Shown: positions 29,363 through 37,482 of the stretch, one piece after another
How the letters are laid out: each line of letters opens with the position of its first letter
Position numbering within the stretch: the first letter of the stretch is position 1
NCBI GenBank assembly: GCA_033763315.1
Contig: JANRKS010000031.1
Coordinates: 239,015 to 303,014 of the forward strand
Length of the DNA: 64,000 nt
Reading direction: 5' to 3'
Source: Deltaproteobacteria bacterium
GTDB lineage: Bacteria > Myxococcota_A > Polyangia > Fen-1088
The notes under the pieces: model-generated
Databases searched by the model: none
Told to the model about the DNA's origin: nothing
Seen by the model: only the letters and a program-made list of their open reading frames with translations
Translations under genes and position numbers: made by a program

Positions 29363-30398
29363 TGTAACGGCGGCGCCCGAAACCGTTGCCGGCGCCGACG
29401 GCGCGGCGCCCGCCAAGGCGCTGCTAAGGCGCATCGATGCCAGCATCGATGCATTTGGCCAGGCGGTTCGCAGAAGCACCGTAGAAAAAAGGCTTCGCAA
29501 AGATTGGCAGGACTTTGCTCGGCAATGGCGAGCGTTCTTGCTCGAGGAGAAAAGCCATCCGTCGACGACCGGAATGCGTGAAGCCTCTCGCTTTGCCTCA
29601 GAACTTGTCGACTGGAAGAAGCGCTTTACAGCGGCCCTTCGACATCCGGAGCGCGACGGAATGGAAGGAGCGCCTGTCTCGCCATCGCCATCGCCATCGA
29701 AATCTATATCCTCCGAGACCCCCACGGTCACGCCCGGCTCGATTCGCTACGAGTGGCAGGCGAGTAAAAAAGAAGTTGACGACGTCGACCGCGACATCAT
29801 GCCTAGCGACGTGAGTGACACGTTCAAGCAGGCGTGGCGACGCTACGCGGGCCATTGGCAGCAAGCCTTCGAGCGCTGCACCGCCAATCAACGCCTCTCG
29901 CCAGCTGCGAGTTGGCGGCTGGCTCGCGCCTACCGCCATCGCACTCGAGCGTGGGCGCAAGCGTTCGGGCGTGAGTGCTCGGGAAATCATGCGAGCTCCG
30001 AGCTAGGCGCACTCATCGTCACCCCGGGCGCGATGCTCGACGAACTCAACACCGTCAACAATGGCGTCAAGCAACTGGACGCCGACATCAGCGCGAGCAA
30101 GGTGCGGGAGGCTTTCAAAAAAGCGTGGGCCGACTTCACGGTCGAGTGGAAGAAGTTCTACGACAGCAAGCAAGGCTTCTTTAGCCGCACGTGGGGCTCA
30201 ACGATGGAGAAGACCATCGAATACCGCAAGCGCGTGGATGAGTGGCGCGCGGCTTTCAACCGCGAAGGCGGCCTCACGACCGGGCCCACGCTCAATGTCC
30301 CCGAGCCGAAGGGTGCAACAGGAGGCTCTTGGAGGTGGTGGGCCGTAGGCGGCTTGCTGGCAGGGGGCGCCTATATCGGTGTCAAGGTGCTGCGATGA
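29325..30398 (+). CDS. Protein with three Trp-rich helical repeats and C-terminal TM anchor
   Basis: WQDFARQWRAF / WRRYAGHWQQA / WADFTVEWKKF repeats; WWAVGGLLAGGAYIGVKVLR tail. Confidence 0.75.
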   Translation: MTSREEQLMPAPDVTAAPETVAGADGAAPAKALLRRIDASIDAFGQAVRRSTVEKRLRKDWQDFARQWRAFLLEEKSHPSTTGMREASRFASELVDWKKRFTAALRHPERDGMEGAPVSPSPSPSKSISSETPTVTPGSIRYEWQASKKEVDDVDRDIMPSDVSDTFKQAWRRYAGHWQQAFERCTANQRLSPAASWRLARAYRHRTRAWAQAFGRECSGNHASSELGALIVTPGAMLDELNTVNNGVKQLDADISASKVREAFKKAWADFTVEWKKFYDSKQGFFSRTWGSTMEKTIEYRKRVDEWRAAFNREGGLTTGPTLNVPEPKGATGGSWRWWAVGGLLAGGAYIGVKVLR

Positions 30399-30440
30399 GG
30401 GCGGGGCTTATGGCGCTGACGACAGCGCGGGAGGGTGGCA

Positions 30441-30653
30441 ATGGACAAGGTGGACAAGCTTGCCTACGAGATAGAGGCGATGGTCGATCGCAACAGCATG
30501 GCGCGCGTGCTCGATTTACTCGCCATCATGTGCGCCATGAAGGCCGACCACATTCATTCGAATTGGGGCGATCGGAATCTCGCGAAAGCCTGGACGCAAC
30601 TTGCGGAAAAAGTCGCGAAGGCGTGTGCATTCGCGGAACAACAGCAGCTCTAA
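30441..30653 (+). CDS. Small hypothetical protein
   Basis: SD GGAGG; lies within the operon. Confidence 0.6.
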   Translation: MDKVDKLAYEIEAMVDRNSMARVLDLLAIMCAMKADHIHSNWGDRNLAKAWTQLAEKVAKACAFAEQQQL

Positions 30654-30690
30654 GCTACCGGCAACCAGACGCACGGGCAAGGAGCAAGCG

Positions 30691-31428
30691 ATGAAAGTCG
30701 GCAAGGATGGCTGGTTGCAAGCCGAGCCGGGCGGCGCCAAAGTCGTAAAGCTTCCCACGGTACGCCTAGTGAAGCTTTCAGTGCCCGCACCCATCGCGCT
30801 CGTATGGCATGCAACGGGTGGCGTGGGTGGTCCGCGGTTCGCTGAAGGATTGGCCCGTCGAATTCAAACCTACAAGCGCGGTATAGACCGTCCTGCGTCC
30901 TGGCACATCGTCATCGCCGCGGATACGGGTGACGTCTTCCAAAGCGCGCCTTTGAGCATAGGCACGTGGCACGTAGGACGCCCCGGCACCATCGATGGGG
31001 TTCATCACCCGTACATCAATCGCGTCACCCTCGGCGTCGAGCTCGAAAACGCCGGCAGCCTCATCAAAGTCGGCGATGCGTTTTACGCTTATCCATATTG
31101 GCTCAATCGCGAAAAGCGGCTTCCGCATCCCGGGTGTCGTCTGCCCAAAGAGCGCGTCCGTTACCACGAAGGTCGTGCTTACGATCGGTTCAGCGATGCG
31201 CAAGCCGACACTGCACGCGAGCTCGTCGCTGCGCTTTCAGAGCATTTTGGCTGGCAGCCCAACGCTTTTGGTTACGCGCACGCCGACTTCGGGGCGCCAG
31301 AGAAGACCGACCCGGGACCCTTATGGATGAAGGCTCGCTTGCCTTCGGTCCTTTGCAACGTCTTTACGGGTGACGGGCCCACGGTCGTCACGGGACCACC
31401 GGTGTTTGACGAAAGGCCCTCTTCATGA
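30691..31428 (+). CDS. N-acetylmuramoyl-L-alanine amidase (Amidase_2), endolysin
   Basis: LVWHATG, ASWH, WHVG, N..TLGVELEN, HAD...KTDPG. Confidence 0.9.
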   Translation: MKVGKDGWLQAEPGGAKVVKLPTVRLVKLSVPAPIALVWHATGGVGGPRFAEGLARRIQTYKRGIDRPASWHIVIAADTGDVFQSAPLSIGTWHVGRPGTIDGVHHPYINRVTLGVELENAGSLIKVGDAFYAYPYWLNREKRLPHPGCRLPKERVRYHEGRAYDRFSDAQADTARELVAALSEHFGWQPNAFGYAHADFGAPEKTDPGPLWMKARLPSVLCNVFTGDGPTVVTGPPVFDERPSS

Positions 31429-31907
31429 GCCCAGATGACATGAGCACGTGCGCGACACAGACTTTGCTGCCGACACTCGCCGCAGCGGTAACTTGGGCCG
31501 CTACACACGCAGGGAGGTCCCTCCGACACAAGCGTCACGCGGCCGAGGTCGCCAACGCGATTGTGCGGCTCGACCATGTCGTGAACGCAGTCGTGCGCGA
31601 ACTCGAGCAGCGCGCGGCGGGGGTGTTGCGGCAAGTGACGAAAGACGCGCGTCTTAGCGACATGGTCAAGGACATGCTTCGTAAGGCTGCTCTTTTAAAA
31701 ACCAAGCAACTGCTCGGCGAGAGGCAACTCGCTCAACTGGCGAAGGTCGTCGGTTCCAAAACCGCCGGCATCGACGAGTTTATCATCACGCGCATCGAAG
31801 CCGCCGTGCATGGCTTGGCTCAGGCCAGACGCCTGCAACAGGCGCGCAGCCGAGCCGCTGCGGCTTCACAGACCGCGTTCCCGAAACTTGCAACGAAAGG
31901 GAGATGA
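31425..31907 (+). CDS. Holin-like membrane protein, paralog of 34542-35012
   Basis: N-terminal hydrophobic helix; RLD..V..VVRE..Q and IEAAVH shared with the paralog; overlaps the amidase stop. Confidence 0.6.
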   Translation: MSPDDMSTCATQTLLPTLAAAVTWAATHAGRSLRHKRHAAEVANAIVRLDHVVNAVVRELEQRAAGVLRQVTKDARLSDMVKDMLRKAALLKTKQLLGERQLAQLAKVVGSKTAGIDEFIITRIEAAVHGLAQARRLQQARSRAAAASQTAFPKLATKGR

Positions 31908-31908
31908 C

Positions 31909-32979
31909 ATGCCAAATACCTTCATTACACTCGATGTGCCTAACGTCGCCAATGGCGCGGGCGTGCCGACGCTCGTCGGAGGCACGGGGCATCCCAAAAG
32001 CTTTGTGCTCACCGGTGCTCTTACGGGCCGCTATATCGTCGAAGGCAGCAACGACGGGGGGACGACCTGGGACATCCTCAAAGATGATAACGATGGAACC
32101 GAAGCGCTGTTTACTTCGCAGAATGCCGGCACCAAAAGCGTCGACTGTATCGTCGAACGTGTGCGCGTCCGTGTGGCGCGGGCATTGCCGACGTCCACGC
32201 CACCTTCGGTAACGATGGGCGCCCCGCCTGCGCTGGGCTTCAACTTCTTTGGCAGGTTGGATGTCCCCGACGCCGCCGGCACGGGCGCAGTGCTCGATTT
32301 GGGCCTCAATGTCGGCCCGCTCAAGACGTTCGTATTGCGCGGCATGGTACCTGAGCGAGCGCGCTTTACGATTCAGGCGTCGATGGATGGGGCGCGTTTC
32401 GATGAAGCGATGCTGTTTACTTCAGATCAGCAAGGCGCACGTTCCGTGCACGTCATGTGCCGTTATCTTCGCGTGCAACGCACGGGTGGCTCAGGCCCGG
32501 CTCCCGCCATCAGCGTGGGCTGCGAGCCCGTCTTCGAGCCTGCTGGCAGTGAAAGCGGCGGCATTGCGCCATCAGGCCCATACGTCTCGTTTGGCGACGA
32601 GTCCGTCAAATCCACGACAGGCATCTATGACGAAGAAGTCATCGAAGAGTTTTTGGCACCTCCTACGAGTGTAACGGGTGCAGCCGAAAAAGTGGTGGCG
32701 TGGTTTTCGGGGTTGGGGCGCAAAGGCAGCCCCGAGGGTGGAGCCGTGACGTTTCGGTTGCGCATGGGAGGAACGCCTGGTGTGGCCGACGGCGAAGTCT
32801 TGGCGACGGCGCAAGTCTCAACGTTAGAGCGATCGCCCTGCGTGGCGAGAAGCGAACCCTTCGTTCGCTCGGCACCCACGCTCATCAAGGTGACCGGTCG
32901 GGGAAATGGCGAAGCGGCAGCGGTGCTTGGCGGTCTCGTCGTCTCCATCGAGCCCGCACCTGGGCCGAGCGGGACGTGA
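31909..32979 (+). CDS. Beta-rich three-domain protein, candidate spike/vertex protein
   Basis: Two tandem domains (LDVP..K[ST]FVL.G..S[NM]DG..SV..RV) plus a C-terminal domain shared with 33036-33626. Confidence 0.65.
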   Translation: MPNTFITLDVPNVANGAGVPTLVGGTGHPKSFVLTGALTGRYIVEGSNDGGTTWDILKDDNDGTEALFTSQNAGTKSVDCIVERVRVRVARALPTSTPPSVTMGAPPALGFNFFGRLDVPDAAGTGAVLDLGLNVGPLKTFVLRGMVPERARFTIQASMDGARFDEAMLFTSDQQGARSVHVMCRYLRVQRTGGSGPAPAISVGCEPVFEPAGSESGGIAPSGPYVSFGDESVKSTTGIYDEEVIEEFLAPPTSVTGAAEKVVAWFSGLGRKGSPEGGAVTFRLRMGGTPGVADGEVLATAQVSTLERSPCVARSEPFVRSAPTLIKVTGRGNGEAAAVLGGLVVSIEPAPGPSGT

Positions 32980-33035
32980 CGTGACGAGATGAATTTCTTG
33001 TGACTGGGCTGGAAAACAAAAGGGGAGGAGCGGAC

Positions 33036-33626
33036 ATGGCAAAAGACATCGCACAACGGGAACTCGATCAAGCAGGCTTTCGCATCGGCAACCTCGGCAA
33101 TCCAATCGCCGCAGGAGACGCCACCAAGACCGACAACCAATCTGTGCCGAAGGCAAACGCTGGCAACGGCTCCGCGGGCACGAGCTTCTTGGCAGCAGCG
33201 GCAGATCACGTGCATCCAGCGGGAGGCGACGCGGGAGGCGCAGATGGCTGCGGCTTCATCGACGTGTCGGACCCGAGTTGCCAAGCGGTCAAAGGGAAGA
33301 CCGAGGAGATTGTGGCTGAGTTCAACGTGGATTTTGGCGGCCTCAAGTCGCCGCAGATGTTGGTGAGCTTTTGCGCCATCGCGAAAGCCGCTGGCGGCAC
33401 CGCGACTTTGAAAGTGAGACTCGGAGGCACTGTGGGCCTGCCGGACGGCAACGTCATCGCCACGGCAACGACCAACGGCGGCACGTTTTCGCCCGTACAG
33501 GGCCAACAGCCCGCGGACAACCCAGGGCAGCCGTCGCTCGTGAAGATCACCGCGGTCACGGATTCAGACGGTGGTGAAGCGTTCCTATATGGCAAGACAG
33601 TAGAGTTTAGAAAGGCGGCCGCGTAG
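33036..33626 (+). CDS. Fibre/spike-like protein
   Basis: LD..G.RIGNLG.P...DAT neck-like motif, ADHVH fibre motif, beta C-domain. Confidence 0.65.
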   Translation: MAKDIAQRELDQAGFRIGNLGNPIAAGDATKTDNQSVPKANAGNGSAGTSFLAAAADHVHPAGGDAGGADGCGFIDVSDPSCQAVKGKTEEIVAEFNVDFGGLKSPQMLVSFCAIAKAAGGTATLKVRLGGTVGLPDGNVIATATTNGGTFSPVQGQQPADNPGQPSLVKITAVTDSDGGEAFLYGKTVEFRKAAA

Positions 33627-33628
33627 TC

Positions 33629-34123
33629 ATGTCCGTACGCGACGTCTTACGAAAGCCGCTCGATGCCGGCGGTCACGTGCTCGGCAATCTCGGTACACCC
33701 GAGACGTCCCGAGATGCAACGTTCACGGACTTGGCTAGTAAACCCAAACCGGTTGCACTTGAGCCTGCACCGGGAACGAGCTTGCTTGCGGCGCCAGCCG
33801 ACCACGTGCATTCGAGCCCCACGCCCATGCGCATCCCCGTGGCGGGTTTTGGCATCGTGGGTCCTGGGGCGCGGGTGACGCTCGCCACGTTCAAGCGCCT
33901 CGATGGGGAGTTGTTCATGCCGGGTGGCTTCGCATTTATCCGGGACGACATCGACGGGGTCACTTGGGAGAACGAAGTCGATGGCGGCACGAACATCTCC
34001 ACCTATCACGAACGCACCGCCACCCCGAACGAGCTGCGTTTTCGGCTTCACAACGCGAGCAACAAGTCGTTGACGGTCGAATACGCGACAGTGGGCTTAT
34101 CGCTGCCCCGGCAAAACGCGTGA
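33629..34123 (+). CDS. Fibre/spike-like protein, N-terminal paralog of 33036-33626
   Basis: LDAGGHVLGNLGTP...DAT and ADHVH motifs; different C-domain. Confidence 0.65.
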   Translation: MSVRDVLRKPLDAGGHVLGNLGTPETSRDATFTDLASKPKPVALEPAPGTSLLAAPADHVHSSPTPMRIPVAGFGIVGPGARVTLATFKRLDGELFMPGGFAFIRDDIDGVTWENEVDGGTNISTYHERTATPNELRFRLHNASNKSLTVEYATVGLSLPRQNA

Positions 34124-34177
34124 AAAAATACACGGCCACGAAGGCCGGGTGTGAACAGCCAAGAAGGAGAGCGCAAC

Positions 34178-34453
34178 ATGGTCACAACGGCAATCATCTG
34201 CCCGCAATGTCAACGCGTCCTGGCCTTGGGTGCAAGGCTTCCTGCCACGTGTTTTGGCGCGATTGCACCCGCAGAGCGCGAACGGCTCAGTGGCGCCGCT
34301 CTCGAGGCTGATGAGCGTAGCCACAAGATGTGCGTGCAAATCGATGTGCAGGTTCCGGATGAACTCAACGCCGAGCAGATGCTGGCAGAAGTGACACGTA
34401 TCTACGCTGACCAGATTGCCGCCCTGGGTGCACTTGCATTGGGGCAGCTCTAG
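34178..34453 (+). CDS. Small CxxC protein
   Basis: SD AAGGAG; ICPQCQ. Confidence 0.55.
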   Translation: MVTTAIICPQCQRVLALGARLPATCFGAIAPAERERLSGAALEADERSHKMCVQIDVQVPDELNAEQMLAEVTRIYADQIAALGALALGQL

Positions 34454-34541
34454 AAGGAGGGCAACGGCGAACAGAAACGAAAAGCACGTGGAGAGTCAAA
34501 GGTGGCAAGCGGGGTTTCGAGTAACGAAGGGGTAGGGAACG

Positions 34542-35012
34542 ATGCAAACCGAAGACATTGCGTTGGGTGTGGTCAAGGTGCTTTCGCCAATCGTGTTGGC
34601 GGCCGTGACGTGGGTGACAGCGAAGCTCGGTCAATGGATCAATGCGCGGGTCAAAAACGAATACCTGCGCGGCGTGCTGGCGCGCCTCGATGACACGGTC
34701 TTGTCCGTCGTCCGCGAGGTGCATCAAGTGACCGTGGATGCCCTCAAGGCGTCGACCGTGGATGGCAAGCTGACGCCGGGCGCCCGTGATGCAGTCAAAG
34801 CCGCAGCTATCGGCGCTATAAAATCGCACATTGGCACGAAGGGCCTCTTGGAGTTGGCGCGGGTCCTTGGCATCGATGCCTCCGGCGTAGAACGCCTCAT
34901 AGGCACCAAAATCGAGGCCGCTGTGCATGACATCAAGTCCGAGCGACGCGTGCTCAATGGCGTCAATCACGCTGCGCCAGCACTGGCAGACCTGCCAAAT
35001 TTTCAGGGTTGA
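34542..35012 (+). CDS. Holin-like membrane protein, short (0-frame) product
   Basis: N-terminal TM then amphipathic helices; ends just after a slippery site. Confidence 0.7.
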   Translation: MQTEDIALGVVKVLSPIVLAAVTWVTAKLGQWINARVKNEYLRGVLARLDDTVLSVVREVHQVTVDALKASTVDGKLTPGARDAVKAAAIGAIKSHIGTKGLLELARVLGIDASGVERLIGTKIEAAVHDIKSERRVLNGVNHAAPALADLPNFQG

Positions 35013-35043
35013 GGGAGGCCTTGAACGGCGCCGCTTCCCTCAA
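34997..35043 (+). other. -1 programmed ribosomal frameshift signal
   Basis: In-frame A_AAT_TTT (34997-35003), 5-nt spacer, 11-bp stem TTGAGGGAGGC/GCTTCCCTCAA (35009-35019/35033-35043). Confidence 0.75.
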
Positions 35044-35248
35044 GCCTGGCACGGGGCGCATCGATTTGACGGCATTCGCGACACTCGATCGGATGGGAGC
35101 GGCGCTCGATTACCAGCAGCGCTTGGCGCGAACGTCGGTCTCGACGTTCGCCCAAGCCTGGGCGGGTTTGTCCAAACTCGACGCAGGTAGCGGTGGTGGT
35201 TGGAGAGCGGATGGCGGTGTGAACGCAGGTTTGCGCTGGTCGTTTTGA
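35003..35248 (+). CDS. -1 frame extension: beta-strand domain ending in an OMP-type beta-signal
   Basis: Open from the slippery site; ends GGVNAGLRWSF. Confidence 0.65.
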   Translation, partial: SGLREALNGAASLKPGTGRIDLTAFATLDRMGAALDYQQRLARTSVSTFAQAWAGLSKLDAGSGGGWRADGGVNAGLRWSF

Positions 35249-35260
35249 ACGGAGGCAGGG

Positions 35261-35530
35261 ATGCGAGGAGAGAGTCATAGCGACGTCGAGTACGTAGTCG
35301 ATTGCCGAGGCACCCAGCGCATCTATGGCACCTTCGACGAAGCGCTATCCGCTGCCTTCGGTGTCGCGGTGTCCTCTGGGCGCGCTCAGCTCGATGTGTT
35401 GATCTACAGCGAAGAAGGTGCCGAGGTGTTTGGGGGCGATTCGGCCGTCGACGAATACAACGAAGATCCGGAAGCGTCCGTCTTTAGACGCTTCGAGATC
35501 AAAGTCAACGACAGGGGGAGGGTGCCTTAG
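35261..35530 (+). CDS. Small acidic hypothetical protein
   Basis: SD GGAGG; lies within the operon. Confidence 0.65.
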   Translation: MRGESHSDVEYVVDCRGTQRIYGTFDEALSAAFGVAVSSGRAQLDVLIYSEEGAEVFGGDSAVDEYNEDPEASVFRRFEIKVNDRGRVP

Positions 35531-35600
35531 GCGTAAGCGTCAATAGCTTTATGTGGCTTGTGGTTGGTTTGGCTTTTGGTGGACGGGGCAGGAGGAAAAA

Positions 35601-36455
35601 ATGAACGGTACCGAAAAGGTTGTGGCGAAGGGGCGGTTGGATAAAAAGCGTTTCGTGAGCGATGGGCCCTTGCTCGATTCAGAAGTGGCAGACGTCATAG
35701 ACGGCCAGCGGCGCTGGGCCTTGGCGGAAGGTGAAGCGGTCAGCGTTTTGCGCGCGTTGCCAGCGGCATCAATCGATGCCGTAATAACGGATCCACCTTA
35801 TTCGAGTGGCGGCTCGCAATCAGCGGGACGCACGGTTCAACCGCCGAGCAAGAAGTACGGGCTCAGCAACGGAGATGGCCACAAGCGCCCTGATTTTCAC
35901 GGCGACAACCGCGATCAACGATCGTTTCTTCGTTGGTGCTCGTTGTGGTTGTCCGAGTGCTTGCGTGCTTCGGCTTCTGGCGCTCCCGTCGTCGTGTTTA
36001 CGGATTGGCGGCAGTTGCCGACCGTGACGGATGCACTTCAGATAGCGGGATGGGTGTGGCGAGGCATCGCGGTTTGGGACAAGACTGAAGGCGCGCGGCC
36101 ACAGATGGGGCGCTTTCGTTCGCAGTGCGAATATATGGTGTGGGGCACGAATGGGCCTTCAGATAGGGCTATCGACAATGCCGTCGGTGTTCTGCCGGGA
36201 TGCTTTCGGCATTTCGTCAAGAAGGTCGATCGGTTCCATGTGACTGGCAAACCGACGCCGCTGATGGAGGACGTGGTCAAGATTTGCCGGCCCAAAGGCG
36301 TGGTGCTCGATCCTTTTGCTGGCAGCGGCACCACACTCGTCGCGGCCTTGGCTCAAGGCCGTCGGGCGATCGGATGCGAGTTGTCAGACGAATATGCCGA
36401 GATCGCTCGTGGCCGTTGCTCAAGCGCTGCCGCGGCGACTTCGACAAAGGTGTAA
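35601..36455 (+). CDS. Orphan N6A/N4C DNA methyltransferase (beta class)
   Basis: ITDPPY, H.TGKP, VLDPFAGSGTT. Confidence 0.93.
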   Translation: MNGTEKVVAKGRLDKKRFVSDGPLLDSEVADVIDGQRRWALAEGEAVSVLRALPAASIDAVITDPPYSSGGSQSAGRTVQPPSKKYGLSNGDGHKRPDFHGDNRDQRSFLRWCSLWLSECLRASASGAPVVVFTDWRQLPTVTDALQIAGWVWRGIAVWDKTEGARPQMGRFRSQCEYMVWGTNGPSDRAIDNAVGVLPGCFRHFVKKVDRFHVTGKPTPLMEDVVKICRPKGVVLDPFAGSGTTLVAALAQGRRAIGCELSDEYAEIARGRCSSAAAATSTKV

Positions 36456-36457
36456 GC

Positions 36458-37255
36458 ATGGGTCGCCCAACGCGTGTCGAAGGAATCTTTGCGGACGAAG
36501 AGCTGCCCATCGTTCATCCCGATAGAACGATTGGCGATAGCGCCGAACTCGTGCCCGGCAATGCTCCGGGAGATCGAGGACCGGTCAAGGAGATCCTTCG
36601 CACGCGTGGCGGTGACGCCCGCGCTCAGCTTCTCACGGTCACCGTCGTAGGCTCTGGTGTATACGAATCAGATCTGCGAGGAGCATCGCTTGCGCCTCGT
36701 GGGCCTCTCGTGGGCCTCATCGAATGGGGGGTGGGGGGAGCCAAATCGAAGGCGGAGTTCGACATCCCGTTGGGCGGTGTCGTGTTTTCGGTCGTCGCGA
36801 GCTACGTGCATATCGCGGCTCGTTATGACGGGCTTGTGCTCGTCAACGGCTTGCAACTGGATCCGGTTGCAGTCGGAGGCGCCACGCCAGGCCCTAAACA
36901 ACGCGTGGGAGCCATGGTCGGGTACGGCTCCTATGGCGCGACAGGGAAGCTTACGCGAACGATTCGCGTGCCCAGTCTTACAGCCGAGACCGCCGAAGGC
37001 CTCAACATCAGCGATAGGGTCCGTATTCCGCCCTTTGCGCGGCGAATGTCGGTGCTGGGGCTGCAACTTGATCTCACGAGCTACCGCATTCGCTTCGGTA
37101 CGTTTAGAGATCCGCACGACGGCGATGTGCTGGTGCCGCTTGGGCAACCGCCGCAAGCCATCGAGCTGCCCGGGGACGGAACCTTCGTCGAAGTTGAGAA
37201 CCTCGGCCCGACGGTGCTCAGAAATCCCACGTTCGTCTTTGAACTGAAGGTGTGA
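36458..37255 (+). CDS. Beta-rich protein, candidate minor capsid/penton
   Basis: Alternating beta-strand pattern throughout (QLLTVTVV, GLIEWGVGG..AEFDI, SVVASYVHIAARY). Confidence 0.55.
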   Translation: MGRPTRVEGIFADEELPIVHPDRTIGDSAELVPGNAPGDRGPVKEILRTRGGDARAQLLTVTVVGSGVYESDLRGASLAPRGPLVGLIEWGVGGAKSKAEFDIPLGGVVFSVVASYVHIAARYDGLVLVNGLQLDPVAVGGATPGPKQRVGAMVGYGSYGATGKLTRTIRVPSLTAETAEGLNISDRVRIPPFARRMSVLGLQLDLTSYRIRFGTFRDPHDGDVLVPLGQPPQAIELPGDGTFVEVENLGPTVLRNPTFVFELKV

Positions 37256-37270
37256 AAGGGGAGGGGAGCT

Positions 37271-37471
37271 ATGACGGACACAAATCTCTTGCTAGTCGAG
37301 GAAGTGGCTTCCATCTGCCGCACGAGCCCAAGCACCGTGCGCTTTTGGATCAAGACCGGCAGACTGAAAAGCGTTCGTCCCGGACACCGCCTACTCGTGG
37401 CTGCGGCGGAATTGCACAGATTTCTCGGCTTCCGGGCGGGTCGGAAGAAGCGTCTGAACAAGAGTCGCTGA
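37271..37471 (+). CDS. Excisionase-like HTH_17 protein
   Basis: LLLVEEVASICRTSPSTVRFWIKTGRLKSVRPG. Confidence 0.85.
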   Translation: MTDTNLLLVEEVASICRTSPSTVRFWIKTGRLKSVRPGHRLLVAAAELHRFLGFRAGRKKRLNKSR

Positions 37472-37482
37472 AACGGACTTTC

